Shown here piece after piece: positions 1-13,259 of a DNA stretch of 64,000 bases. Below the pieces are notes generated by a model. The model saw only the letters and a list, made by a program, of their open reading frames with translations, was not told the DNA's origin and did no database searches. Made by a program: the position numbers and the translations under genes. How positions within the stretch are numbered: position 1 is the stretch's first letter; each line of letters begins with the position of its first letter. The stretch is from Balanoglossus misakiensis. Its lineage: Eukaryota; Animalia; Hemichordata. The stretch is from the NCBI GenBank assembly GCA_040954595.2, contig CM082594.2:8005573-8069572 (forward strand), given 5' to 3'.

Positions 1-1417
1 GAAAAACGAGGTCTCGTCGGCCATATGCGCCTAAGGCTTATTGCTCAGGATCATTTGTAACTGCTGGAGCTCATTGGGCAACTACAGAAATCATGTTTAA
101 AATGTGTTAAATTTTAGTTACTAAGCGGTACATTTCAATCTTTTAAGAGGACCAAATTTGTAATGAACTTTTAGCATCTATTTCCCCCAAAATATCATAA
201 ATGACAAAGTTTCTTTCTATTTTCTATTATAATAGTATACATTTTAAGCAATGCAAACTTTATTGGGGTTGACGTGCCATATCGTAGCGACGTGTTCGTT
301 TAGTACTGTAAATGCAAATTTCAAAACATTTTTATAGTTACTTTTTAAAACGACAACGTTTTTGTTACAGTAACCATTTATTTTTGCGATGGTTGATACA
401 GAAGCGTCAGATTTGTGTCGTTTTCTCTGCCGATACGGACATATTGTCCAATTCTCGATTATTATAAGCTGCCAATTGGCGGCCATATTCCTGTATTGTT
501 TGTTTGTTGGTATAAAATCTCACATCTCTTAGGAGGACAGTGTGTTGGGATGACCCGCGTAGATGACAATCATATCAGTGTATATAAGGGAAGATATACA
601 ACTGCTTTCACTCAAAAATTATTTTTAATCAGAACAGTATACATGATCTCAGGGTGTGACTTATGAACACAATTAATTACATCACGTTGAGTATACATGT
701 ATTTGTAAAACAATGCAAGAGCAATCCGCCATCGGGATTAAAGTTGTCTGAAATAATCTGTATGTACTGTTAGATCACTTTTGCAGTTTTACCTACAGTT
801 TTGTTTAAATTCTTATTAATTTTATTACCAATGACAGCTCTGTCATGATTAAAAATTGATTTAATGGTGAAATCCTGACTTGTATAGACTATGTCTACCC
901 TTTATCCTCCTATCATATTGTGTGGGTTTCTATAAGCAGTTACTGCAGCTACCCTCATCATTGAGTTTCCGGCTTTTGTTCCCTGAGTTCACGCACTCTG
1001 AGTTCACTTCTATGTTTGACATGTTCTCATTTCTCTTTCTGCGCATGTGCACATTCACGCCCCAAACTTTGGACGGTGCGAAATATACCAAGAGGGGAAA
1101 CACCGGCTCCCATAATAATATGTGACTATGGACCGACGTGCGAGGTTATCGTAGCTAGAATGCTCGGGTCTGACATGTTGTGTGAACATATCCGTCACAT
1201 GCCGAAATTCGCGAGTGTCGCCGTACCAGTCCGCACCAGTTGCTTGGCTACGTCATCACGGTCGCGTTCGGACGTCAATAAGGTGACGACCATTCCGCAG
1301 TTATAAAGTTTGGAGACGAGTTGTATTACATCGTTCAAGCGCTCGTGGGTTCTAATTCATATGAACAATATGACCAGGACACCAGAATAGTGAGAGTATT
1401 CGCTGGCGAAAACCAAC

Positions 1418-4400
1418 ATGAACAATTTGTGGCTACTATTTAACCTGGTTGCTCTGTATTGCATTTTTACGCGGACAGGCAACGCCGCTGTGGGCGAGAC
1501 GACAGGACAGTGTCCGTACAAGGTCAGGTAAGTAGTTATTAAAGTGAGCTTTCGTCGTATGTAAGTCAGTGACTCAGCTGGGTGGTTGAGCTTTTCTCGA
1601 TTTGGTCATTCAACCGAACGTTACAGTTGGTTTCTTTTTAGCAATCAGCTGGTCAGTGTTACGGAACTGTACGCGGAAGAAGGGGGCGTGGTCTTTTGTT
1701 ATTGAGCAAGAACAATGGCACCGTACCAGTAATAGAACAATGAGTTTTGTAATGTAGATCTGTCAAATTTATCAGTGAATGAATGAATGAATGAATGAAT
1801 GAATGAATGAATGAATGAATGAATGAATGAATGAATGAATGAATGAATGAATGAAGATGATGATGATGATGATGATGTGATGATGATGATGATATCATTT
1901 TAATAATGTCTTCACAGCGTTACCAAGTACTATGTTACATCTCTTGTTGGAAGTCGGGAAGTTGTCTACTACACCAGGTGCTGGTCATGGGATTTACGTT
2001 GTACAAGAAAAAGGTATTTATTTATTTATTTGTGCCACTTCTAACCATTGCAGTCAGGTTATAATCTGAATATCCAGAGCTTGGTAATTGTAATTAACTG
2101 ACACCTTTGTTTGTTGATTTCAGGACTGAAACCTACACTGTCTATAAGAGGGTTTCTGTCTTATCCGAGGAAACTCGTTATCGTCCTTGCCCAGGTATTG
2201 ACCTTTTTATCAGTTTTGTGAGAATTTCTATGATGTGTATCAAGACATGCTTGCTTTGATTATATTTGGCAAGCCCTGAAATTGCATTCGTGAAGGTTAC
2301 CGATTGAATATTGACCTAGTAGTTGTCCGTAAATCTAACTATGCTTTTTCCACATCAAGGTGTTAATGCCATGGTATTTTTTCTTTCGCAGAAATTGTCA
2401 CTGAGTGTCCGTTTACTGATTGCACAAACCAGTGTGACAAGTGTGCACCAGACAATACAGATAGTTGTATTCAGCCGACAGGTATCTGTCTTTGTAAGCC
2501 TGGTTGGCGTGGCAACTCTTGTAATGAAAGTATGTACTTTATCATTATAATTTAGATTTAGCGGTTTTGATTCTTACATGTTTGTCTGTTGATGTGCATG
2601 GCTTCAAACAGGAATCCGATGGAAAAGAACGATGGAAGACCATTTGACCTTGTTTTGACCATTATTGAACTTTAACTTTTTGTAAATAAAAAATGAATTA
2701 TGTACTGACAGGCCTCACCCAGCTCTCTCATTTCCTCTTTCATTTCAGCATGTGATCCCGGTTTCTATGGCAGTTTCTGTACAAATCAGTGTCTATGCAA
2801 TTCCAATGGCACTGTGTCCTGTAACCCTATGACTGGCGTTTGTAACTGTAAGCCGGGATGGATGGAACCCTACTGTCATGAAGGTAGGCCTGACCTTTGC
2901 CTTTTGACCTTCGATTGTGTTGAAGGACAATTACCAAGAAATGATTGGTCAGCATTTCCTGTTCTGGCTTTTAGTTGAGTCACTGTGTGGGTGTTCTTGT
3001 TTGAACTTTTTGACACCAACCTTCACTGGAATCGTTTGGAATGATCGAATTACTCACAAAAGCAGAGAGTTCAGTAGACACTACCAAAAATAACATGTAT
3101 GTTAATTAGGAAACTTATTAGGCCAATTATTTGTCTTCTTTCTCCTCAAGAATTTCAAACAGAACCACCTTATTATGTGGGAAACACTACAGTTACTATT
3201 GGTCTTACAGAAGCACCGTCACAATCACCACTGTATACCACTATCAATGAATCAACGCCTATAACACCGTTACAAGTGGGAAAGGAAGAAACTGGCTTCA
3301 GTTACAGCGATCCTGGTGTAATGGCTGGGTTTATAATCATTATACTTGTGGTTGTCTCAGCAATTATTGCTGTCATTGTTGTTGTGACAATCTACAAACG
3401 AAGACATGATGCCAAAAAAGTGTAAGTGTTATTGCAAGGGTCATGCCTTCTATAAAGATATTGCAGAACCAGACACTATGGGCCCCCTGTATAGAAAACT
3501 TGTTTCTTTCACTTGGTTAGGACCTAGTAAATTCCATAACACCTTGAGTGTATCTGTTATACAGAGTGAAAATAAACATATAAATGACAATTATTTAATC
3601 TCATTTTCCAGACATACTAATAACCAGACTGATGAGGAGGAGGTGGAAATGGCACGTTTGCAAAGTGAGAACACTAATGGTCAAGGTAATTCGAGAATAT
3701 TGTATCCTAGTACATTACTACAGACATGTGACACATTCTGAATTTTCCACAGTCTACCATAAAGCCCATGCATGTCATCTCAAACATATAGAAATTGACT
3801 GTAACTCTCCTGTTGGGTTTCACAACTTGGGTGCATGCAGATATCACTATCCCTTGGTCATAAATCTTTGGCGATGTCCTTGTGTTTTCTGAGGGTTTAT
3901 TTGGATCTCTCAATGCAGTGATAGGGGTTGAAGGGCATGAGTGTGCAATTAAAACTGATAGCTTCTTTAATGAAACCTTCTGCATTCCATGATTGATAGA
4001 GTTGTAAATTCAGAGAGCTATATGTTCCCTGGGATGGCCATCATCATTTTCCAAATTCTCTGATGTACAAATGTACATGTCATGTATTCGCAGATACCAC
4101 TGACAATGCACATGTATACAGTGATATCACACCGAGAAATAATGTCTACACAGACGTTGTCACTCAGTTGTCCACAAGTCTGGCCAGTCTGCGCAGCCGC
4201 GAAACGTGCAGCAGCGACCACGTGGGCGAAACAAAGAGTAGCCGGGGGAACCTGTATGTTGATTTGAAATCCAGCGATTGTGAGGACGAGGATGAGGGAA
4301 AATCTGGAGCAGGAGGCGACGCGGCAAGTTGTGATGAGGTGATCGATACATACCAGGTTGTGGGTAGAGGAACGTCCAATGGGAATGGGAATGACGGGTG

Positions 4401-4947
4401 TCAGACTCCGAGGTCGGTGGAACTGGAGAAGTCGTACATGGACATGAGTGGTGGGAGTCACTCCTATGATACCCCCAGGTTACTGCGGTCCAGGGGCAAT
4501 TCAAGAGAGGAACTCTACACACCCGTGGGATCACCTGATAAGGGACGAAAACAGCCGGCAACCTACGCCAGTTTGTACAAAACTCCACGCCCCATCCCAC
4601 AATACGCTGACATCGATATTAGACAGGAGCGCGACAGTGACCACTCAGTTTGTTCCACGGATGACGAGCGCGATGTCTACAACAAGATTGACAGAACGGG
4701 ACGATCGTATCGAGAAGGAAGTCACAAAACCCCGGAGCATTATGATAATGTAGAGTCTGTCGGCAGCCGCTCTCCAGTGGAAAACACCTACGATCACTTA
4801 TCAAGAAGCGGTGACCATGGCGATGAAAACCTACCTCTTCATCCGCAAACTGAAATTATTGAGAGTACACAGTCACCTGACCAGGCCTATGATAAACTGG
4901 ACCATAGCAGTGTACGGTCTAAACGTCATGGATACAAACACACATGA
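1418..4947 (+). CDS. Single-pass EMI + EGF-like receptor (CED-1/Draper/MEGF10/Nimrod-like) with Tyr-rich cytoplasmic tail; 8 coding exons
   Basis: Exons assembled in frame with GT-AG: 1418-1527, 1918-2013, 2124-2194, 2392-2529, 2749-2883, 3151-3421, 3612-3685, 4094-4947. Signal peptide MNNLWLLFNLVALYCIF; EMI-like YYTRCWSWDLRCTRKR...YRPCP; two EGF-like units (TGICLCKPGWRGNSC; CDPGFYGSFC...TGVCNCKPGWMEPYC); S/T-rich stalk; TM GVMAGFIIIILVVVSAIIAVIVVVTIY then KRR; tail with many YxxI/L/V/M/P motifs. Confidence 0.8.
1776..1893. repeat. Compound microsatellite (TGAA)~20 followed by (GAT)n in intron 1 of the receptor gene
   Basis: Directly visible: gaatgaat... 1776-1855, then gatgat... 1856-1893. 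Confidence 0.97.
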
Positions 4948-6355
4948 TACTGTACCTGTAGTCTTATTGGCCATTGTTCTTCTGATAGCCTGGGACCTCA
5001 CCTATCATAATCTACTTTTTTACCAATGTCAAAAATGGTTTGCCTTTCATTTAAACCGTCGGATATTTAAATTCCTCAACTTTGGAGTTGAGTTGAGTTG
5101 AGTTTTTATTTCGGTTTCAGTATATTTACTTTCGCTTCCTTTGAGTTGATATCAAAAGAGTACACCACAAACTGTACTGATAAGTGAACAGGAAGCTTGA
5201 AAATAATACGAGTGTCTGTTTCTGTCTGAATCAGTGTTTGATAATCCACTCTGTTGTCTGCTTGCGGATATATGCAATCACACAAAACATTTATGAATGA
5301 ATTTTGGTCTAGCTCAGCTGACCACTTTTGCAAAGGTGCTGGTCACCAATTCCTGCAAAAACAGGGTTTCATATATTTTACATGCGTATTTTGTGTATCA
5401 GTTATTGCAACTGGCAGTTTACGTTTTTAGTTATGTTGTTGATGTCAATGTTTTCTGCCATCATCAGTATTACACTGATTTAGATTGGCTGAACAAAGGA
5501 ATCATGTACAATGTATGTTTTGGAAAATGCAGCTATCACTTCAATAGCTTTCACCATTTAATGAAAACACTACGTTCAAAAAATAGCTACAACATACATG
5601 TACATATACAAATGACATTCCACAAAATCAGTTTACATTAAAACATATCCTTGGTGAAGATTGCATGCTGTATTAAAAGAAAAAATTCTTAGAATCAAGC
5701 TCATAGCAATAATAAGAAATAATCTCATATATTATCTATGTCCAAATTAATAAAAACAAGAGCTTTGTCATATATACATCAAGAATTGATGGTGAATTCT
5801 TGGATTATCAGTAGTGTACCTAATATCGGTAACTGGAACATATTATGGTCACGTGGTGTAATTTTACACCATTTCAAGCATTCTCGTGTTCTATGGGTTG
5901 CAAGCAATAATCTGTAAATATCTAAAGGGATAACGCCTATTCAAAAAGAAGTCGCAGAATGTCGAGAAAAAAGTCTCAAGGTTCGTGTCTTAGTGCTTTT
6001 GATTGAAAAGATTCATACTGAAACATTACAATATTGCTAGCATTGGCAAAAATCACAGGATTTGTATAAACCTGCATTCCGATAAATAGGCTATTTCAGA
6101 CCATGCTTGCACAACCTTAAATTTTCTAACCTCATCTGTAAGCGTAACTACCTATCCTGAGTTGTAACAAAATGAAGTACAATATTTCAGTTGTTGGAAA
6201 AGACATCTTTAAATGTGGTCTTTTCATTGAACATTCCATTCAAAAAGTCTTCATAACTAAGAAGCAAAATATATAAAACCAAAAGAAGATCCATTGGTAT
6301 CCAGGATAGTAAAACCACAAGCAGAGCGAGGGAGAATGTTTTTGTGATTGCGAAT

Positions 6356-9300
6356 TTACTTAAGTCTATTGAGGACTTTGTGTGTTAGAGCCACTAATGC
6401 ATTCCTGGCTGGGGATTCCGTCAAGCGGCTGATCTGCTGGATGGCTTCTTGACAATACTGCCTTGCAAGGTATTTGGTCTGTTCTATACCATCGGTCTGT
6501 GAATGAAAACAAAACATAGAAATGCTATTATCTGTGTAGACTTCCTTTGGGGAAAAACATTGTTTTTCTGTACTTTTTTTGTTGGAAACTGGCTGCTGTT
6601 TGGATAGGAGTACAAATTGTTACCTTGGCAACTAATTCTCTTGCTTTTTCTACATCACCTGGTTCGCTGAATCTTCTCATGATGAGAGAATTGAGTTCTG
6701 GGTGCTGGAAAAAATGAAACGCCATCAAGTGAATACGTAGCATGAAAATTTTGCATAAGATTGCATTTGATAAGATCATCTGCGTACATTCGATTCCTGG
6801 AGTATTTAACCATATACATGTTGAATGTATTTTGTATTCCTATCCAAAACATTACAAATTCACTTCAAAACTGCCCCACTGTTGAAATTACCAGTACAGA
6901 CACAAGCGTACAAACATTCTTCATGTAACTACCTAGAGACTGGTCCAGATGACATCAGCGGCTTCATGTACTTACAGAATGACAGGCAAAAAGTACAGGT
7001 GCTGTAGCCAGTCCCAACTTCAGATCAGTAGCGGTTGGTTTTCCCATCAACCTATCACTTGAGGTATAATCTAACATGTCGTCAATAAGTTGAAATGCTA
7101 TCCCAATATTCCTGCCATACTGGAAGACTATTTCACTGACAGCTGGGTTGTCGTTGGCAACAAGCGCCACCTAGAAAGATGATGACATATGTGTTGGTAT
7201 ATGTGTTTGCTATTCACTAACTCAAGAAAAAAAATTCTTTTCTTGTGATAAAATGTAATCAGTTTTCTTCCAATAAATCACTGTTAAAATGCATATTTGC
7301 AGAGTAGTATAGAAAATAACCATACAGACACTCACTGCTTTACAACTGTTCGCAAGCAAACTGGCTGTTTTCTTGTAAGTTTTCTCGAGATAATGAGCAA
7401 ATCTCTCATTCTCATCTTCTTTGGACCCTAGCTGCATGAATTCTCCTGTCAATGATGTAACAACACTGTGTGTGAGTTTCTTCTCAAATTTCTTCTCCCA
7501 AAAACATGCCAGTAATGAAGATAAGACTGTCAGCCGAGACATCAGTGTGCTTTCTCTATAAATGAGGTTATTGTATCCACATATTCTTACCTCTAACAAG
7601 GTCATCGATAACCTTTGACAAGAGGACAACCACAGCTTCATTGCCAAGTCGAGCGAGCATCATAGATGCAATGGACAGGACATAGTCACCAGCAAAGATG
7701 GACTGCAATACAAAGAAAACAGAAAGAGTATAACCTTTAACAGTTCCAAACCTTTCATAATGTTTCCTTTCTAACAACATGGTTGCTGAATATGTATGTA
7801 GTAGGGGCAAAAAGGGTTACATCAACCAGAAAACTGTGACAGGATGGTTCTTGTAGGTGCTGGTCAATGAATGAATAAGCAAACTTACTTTAGATTGTCC
7901 CCAGATATTATTGATAGATTTCTTTCCTCGCCTCGTATCTGCAGCATCTATGACATCGTCATGTATAAGACTGGCGGTGTGCAGCATTTCTGAGATCATA
8001 GCTATTCTGTATTGCGATGTCAACACTTCACTGCCAAGACCGCAGTGAGAGTTACAGGCCTTGGCTGTGAGTATAACTGTCATCGGCCGGAATGCTTTCC
8101 CTTTGCCGTCAAACAAGTAATGGCTGATTTCACTAAGATTTGCCTGGTTGCTGTTGAGTTCCTAAAATATGAAAAATAAATTCATATCTCTAGACATCAA
8201 TGATCTCGAAAACCTATATGTTACTTTGACATGGAGTGTTATGGGTTAAGCCTCAATGTATGAAACATTACACCCAGATACATTTCATGGTCAGCTGGCT
8301 GTTTTGACTGTAGGCAACCTGTTATTTGTGTTGACTTGAGTATAATTCAAAAATCTCTGCACAGCATCATGAATGATATGTATACAAAGGCTGAAAACTT
8401 TAACTGTTATGAAGTTATTTACAATGGCTTACCTTCTTAATATCATCACAGAGACGTGAAAGCTCCGATTCTGTTAGTTTTTCTGGAGTGTTTGTTTCTT
8501 GCCTGGAAGGACTGGAACTTGTACAAAAATGTCTGTCGAAGAAAAAGAACCAAAGATACATCTAGGGTTAAATGATTCATAAACAGTAGCTTGAGGATTG
8601 TCAACTGACAAAAAGAGTCTGAATGTTGAAACACAGTCATTTGCATTGCTCACCTTTTCTGTATTGAATTCCTGCCTTGACAACATGATTGCGGTATTTT
8701 AACCTGAAATTGAAAACAGTCTATGCTTATCAGCATGTACATGTACAGTAGTGTCGGCCAAGGTCAAAGAGACCTTGAATCGCATTATGTATAAGCTCGT
8801 ATTTCTCAGATTCTTGCAACTTGTAATTTATCCCTCAGGTCAACGTCCTCTGATGTGACCTTCTGTGACATTGTTATGCCAGTTACTGATTATCAGGCTT
8901 TGACACTTATTTTTTTTAATTCCATTCGTAAATATGAGCTTTCTAACGGTACTGACTGGGTAGAGAATAAAGATCGACCTCGTTCTCCCAGCTTGTGGTG
9001 TGGTAATGTGAAGGTCATCGAGGTCGCCTATGGGTCACGTACACACTACATACTCACTGTGCACGTTAACATTGAAAAACGTTTAAAACTGAACATCACA
9101 GCGATCATTTTACTTTCTCCCAATTCAGATTAAGCCCTCTCACCCCTCAGTAAGAATTTATAGAAGAATCTACACATTTCACGTGGAGGTCATCAAGATT
9201 ACATCAGTCACATGCCTACGATCGACCGGCGTGGCCTGCCGATGGCCGACAGAGCAGACGACGTGAATGGAAAATCGGTACTTACCCTAGAACAAGTAAC

Positions 9301-9441
9301 CCTATCTACACACAAGCTTCTTCTCCATGAATGGCATGGTATTTTTGATATCCTAATGGGGGAAAAACACTCGATCGTAAGTCTGTACCTTAAATTTGCT
9401 AAAAGTAACCGGCATTGGTTAGGTAACTTAGTGGCAGCCAT
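6356..9441 (-). CDS. PDSS1: All-trans polyprenyl (decaprenyl) diphosphate synthase subunit 1, mitochondrial; multi-exon
   Basis: FDGKGKAFRP, first Asp-rich motif EMLHTASLIHDDVIDAADTRRG, AGDYVL, GEFMQL, KTASLLANSCKA, second motif IAFQLIDDMLDY, GKPTATDLKLGLATAPVL; Arg/Ser-rich transit-like N-terminus from ATG 9441; stop TAA at 6356-6358 after VLNRLK. Confidence 0.93.
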
Positions 9442-9744
9442 GTTTTCTGACTTCACTCAGGTTGGACTATACCATTTTACTTGGGAGTGAAACTTGAACA
9501 GGATGTACATGGGTTTTGTACTGGACGGGTAGATACGTCCGTGTACTTTACTAACTTGATTAACTTATATCTTAAGACATAAATATTCTTCGGTTTCCTG
9601 TCCTGGCTACACTCTGAGGCAATTTTCAACAGCTTGCGAGTTTGAGTTTAACCTGGTAAAGTATTCTGTCCCGTGACCTGGTAGAGGTCAAACAGGCTGC
9701 CCTCAACGACCATTGCTATGCGTACATGAGTTCACTGAGCGAAG
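9442..9744. promoter_or_regulatory. Putative bidirectional promoter between PDSS1 and ANKMY2
   Basis: Divergent start codons only ~300 bp apart (9441 on -, 9745 on +). Confidence 0.6.
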
Positions 9745-12700
9745 ATGGCACCTCAGGAAAACGACCTCACTGATTTGGAAAAGGAACTGTACGAAAATAT
9801 AAATTCGGGTGAGTTCAATGTGTAGTATGAAAGAAGACGAATTTGGTATTTGTGCGTTGACGTCTATTATTTTAAAATGCAACATCAGGCAGTCTTGGTA
9901 GAGGGTCGCATCGATACATAGCTGCTTCCTTCATCATTCATTCTCGTGCATGGCACTTTCGAGAATGCGACCAACTTCACCAGACGATAACACTTTTAAC
10001 AGATTATAATTTATTTATTTTTTTGCAAATAGTAATTAAACAGAATGTAAGCAACATGAAGATGATAGCCAAAATTTGTTTTATTTTTATTTTTAAGATA
10101 TACAGTATTATTGCTATAAAATGCACATTTATCAAAATATAATGTACACATGATTTGCCTTCATACGTCTTCATGAATCTTTTGTTATCACCGTTTAATT
10201 ATACAGGGGCAATTGACAAGGTAAAAGATGTCCTTGGAAAGAAGAAAGTTCGAGTGAACTGTTATGATGATGTGAGTATTTCTGTATTGCTGTCAGGTAT
10301 ATCTCATCAGCTACAGTCAGCCTCAGAGTGACTAATGAAGTAACCATGGTAACAATTATAGGTTTCAAGAATCAGTTACTGGTTTCCTGTGTGCATTGTT
10401 AATTTGCCAATATTCATATACTAATTAGAAAAAGTGGCTAGGATTAACTGGTAATTTTCTTGTAACAGTGGTTAATAAGAATACATTTTTATGTTAAAAT
10501 GTCCCAGTAATACTAATTTTGTGATTATTCATTGTGTAGAACTGATATATGTGATTTGTTTGGATTAAAACAGCATGGGATGACACCCTTACAGCATGCA
10601 GCCTTCAAAGGCAGCAAAGAGATGTGTGAATTGCTGTTGTCACATGGAGCTGATCCTAACAGCAGTGAACACGAGAATGGTTATACAACATTAATGTTTG
10701 CCGCACTAGCAGGTAAGAATGTAGTGTTTGGAAAATGGGGTGAGAAAGGGAGAAAGGTGGTAAAGTCAGCTGAATGTTGGAAATCTACCTTAAAAACAAT
10801 AATTGGCATACACCATCCTAAAATCATATGTGCACACACACACACACATACATTTACCAAAACTTACATGTATACTTTTACACATCAGGTAGCGATGAGT
10901 GCACAAAACTGATGTTGGAGGCAGGTGCCAAGACTACCAGTGTCAATTCTGTTGGTCGTACAGCAACTCAGATGGCTGCATTTGTAGGGCAGCATTCTTG
11001 TGTGAGCGTCATCAACAATTTCTTCTCCAGAGATGATGTTGATTACTATACCAGAGCACAAGGTGAGTGGCTGATAAATATGCCATGTTTATTTACACTA
11101 TTTGTACACACATAGATTGAATTGTTTTAGTGTGAGGTAATGCTGAATGTTTCTTTTGATTGACAAGATCACTTCAGTTGTGTACTATTATTTCACTGAC
11201 AGTAATTTTTTGTTTTAAATTGTTTGATTTTGATTTGCATCACATCAGGTTTTGAAAAGGAGCCCAAGCTGGAACCTCACTTAGGAGCACCATTTCATAA
11301 ATTAATCCTGATGTCAAATCTGCATCCTGTCAAAGTAAGGATTCATTAGTCTCCTTTAGCCTAATTATCTATTGTTTCTAGAAATAATTGGGAAGTCGTA
11401 CAGTTACAAGTAATGAGACATCTGGTCATCTTTTGTATGAATTTATTTCTGCTGGCAGTCCTTATATGTCAGAGGAAGCCTCACTGATGTTCTTGTCTCC
11501 TGTGATATTAATTTCCATGGCAACAGTAACCACCAACCATTTCATGTGTTGTGTAATAAATGGTGTTACTGTAGAATTTTCTGTGTCCAAAAAGTCAGTC
11601 ATGAAATAACCCACATTTTCATAATTTTTACAGCTGGCTATGTACACCGAGAAGAACAAAGAACTGCTTGACAGTGCATCAAGAGTTGCCAAAGTCTTGG
11701 ATCTGATCTGCGAGAAACAGTTCAAACAACGAGATGTGAATGAGGTGCTGTCCATTAAAATGCACTATCTTGCCTGCCTCCTCAGAAGTTGTCATAAATG
11801 GAACTTGGAGAAGCCAGAAGGAATTGCTGGATACATAAGAAGGTGTGTTATCAGTCATAATATTTTCAAAATAAAACAAATGAAGTAAACTAATAATAAT
11901 TTTTAATCATCAGAGTAAGGCTAATCTCACCACTCCGTCACTCCATAGGATTAATTAACATCCACGGAAAATCTTTTACAGTTTGTTGAGAGGAAGAGAA
12001 CCTGATGGAGTTCAACTCGGGATGGAAAAATTTATCCGGGATGCCATCCGGGAATATCCATACCATGAATCCCAGCTGCTGCAACAGATGGTCCGGAATA
12101 TTGCACCAGTTACACCTGTAAGTTGATGTGGCAGTCTATTCTTCATTTTACAGTATCTTGGTTATGTGAGTGCCCACAAGAGTATGGTAATGTCGGCCCC
12201 ATGTCTTGCACACAGTAGAATATGCAGATATTGTTGCCATGGTTACAATCCATGTTTCTATTTTGTATGTTACCAGGGTGATGATCCCTCTGCATTGTGT
12301 ATACTTACACAAGGCATTAACGGGAGCCAGAGTGTTACTTATGAGAATATCTGCGGAACTTGTGGGGACAGAGACGCAGAGAAGAAATGTTCAGCTTGTA
12401 AATCGGTAAGTGATGTTGATGTGTAGAACTGATTAGTCTGCTGTATGCTGCATAACATGTATTGGACGTAGAGGCCTGGAGTTTTAATTTCCATCATCAG
12501 TTTTGATTATAAACACCAGTATACACTGGGTTGTTGGCAAAATTGATTGAGTTGCTGGGGTTTTCCAATATGCTACAAGAAGATGAAGCCTTATTAATTA
12601 AGTAAATGTACAGAATGCAATACGTGAAAATGTAAAATAGATCACTGATCATATGTATATCCATTCAATCAGAGGCTATCATCTACAGCTGTGATTTTGA

Positions 12701-13259
12701 TGTTTTGTCTCCCCAACAGGTGAATTACTGTGACCAAAATTGCCAAAAACTTCACTGGTTTACCCACAAAAAGTGTTGCAAATTCTTTGCTGAGCAGTAC
12801 AAGAGACAGAAAGAACTAGAGGAAGAAATGGAGAAATTAAAATTGGAACAAGAAAAACAAGGTAAGTGTACAATCTGTTTCTTTTTAAACCCAAAGAAAA
12901 CAAACGCGTCTGGTACTACAAATTGTCGTCATACAGCTATAAAATTCAAAGAAAGAGTTTTCCATAGATATAGAAAAAACTTTATTTGTCCAAGAAATTT
13001 GTATTTTAAAATGTTTTATCACAAGAAGTTACTATCATCGAGCTATAAATTTTTCTCTGAAGAAAAAGAAGCTGCGTCAGGAGACAATGTTGTTGCCACA
13101 GAAACTGATACGACTCCTAGCAACAAGACAGAGGAAGATGAAGACAATCAGACAGAAGTGAAGAAAAATGAGGATGACAAAGAAATGGTTGAGGAGAAAG
13201 ATTCCAGCAGTCCATCAGACAATAATTTAAAAGATGGAGAACCAGTTACAGAATCCTAG
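9745..13259 (+). CDS. ANKMY2: Ankyrin repeat and MYND domain-containing protein 2; ~10 coding exons
   Basis: Ankyrin repeats [43 protein letters not shown]; EPKL, NLHPVK; MYND finger [38 protein letters not shown]; acidic C-terminus; exons join in frame with GT-AG. Confidence 0.93.

Noticed and set aside
1-1400. Short ORFs and CpG-rich, repeat-like segments upstream of the receptor gene
   Set aside because: No recognisable domains and no TIR/TSD pair could be identified; may be promoter or transposon remnants.
1659-1898. His-rich HSFI-repeat ORF
   Set aside because: Translation of the TGAA/GAT microsatellite.
4018-4804. Antisense and alternate-frame ORFs over the receptor's last exon (likewise over the SPATA2-like exon 2)
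   Set aside because: Shadow ORFs of GC-richer coding exons with no independent evidence.
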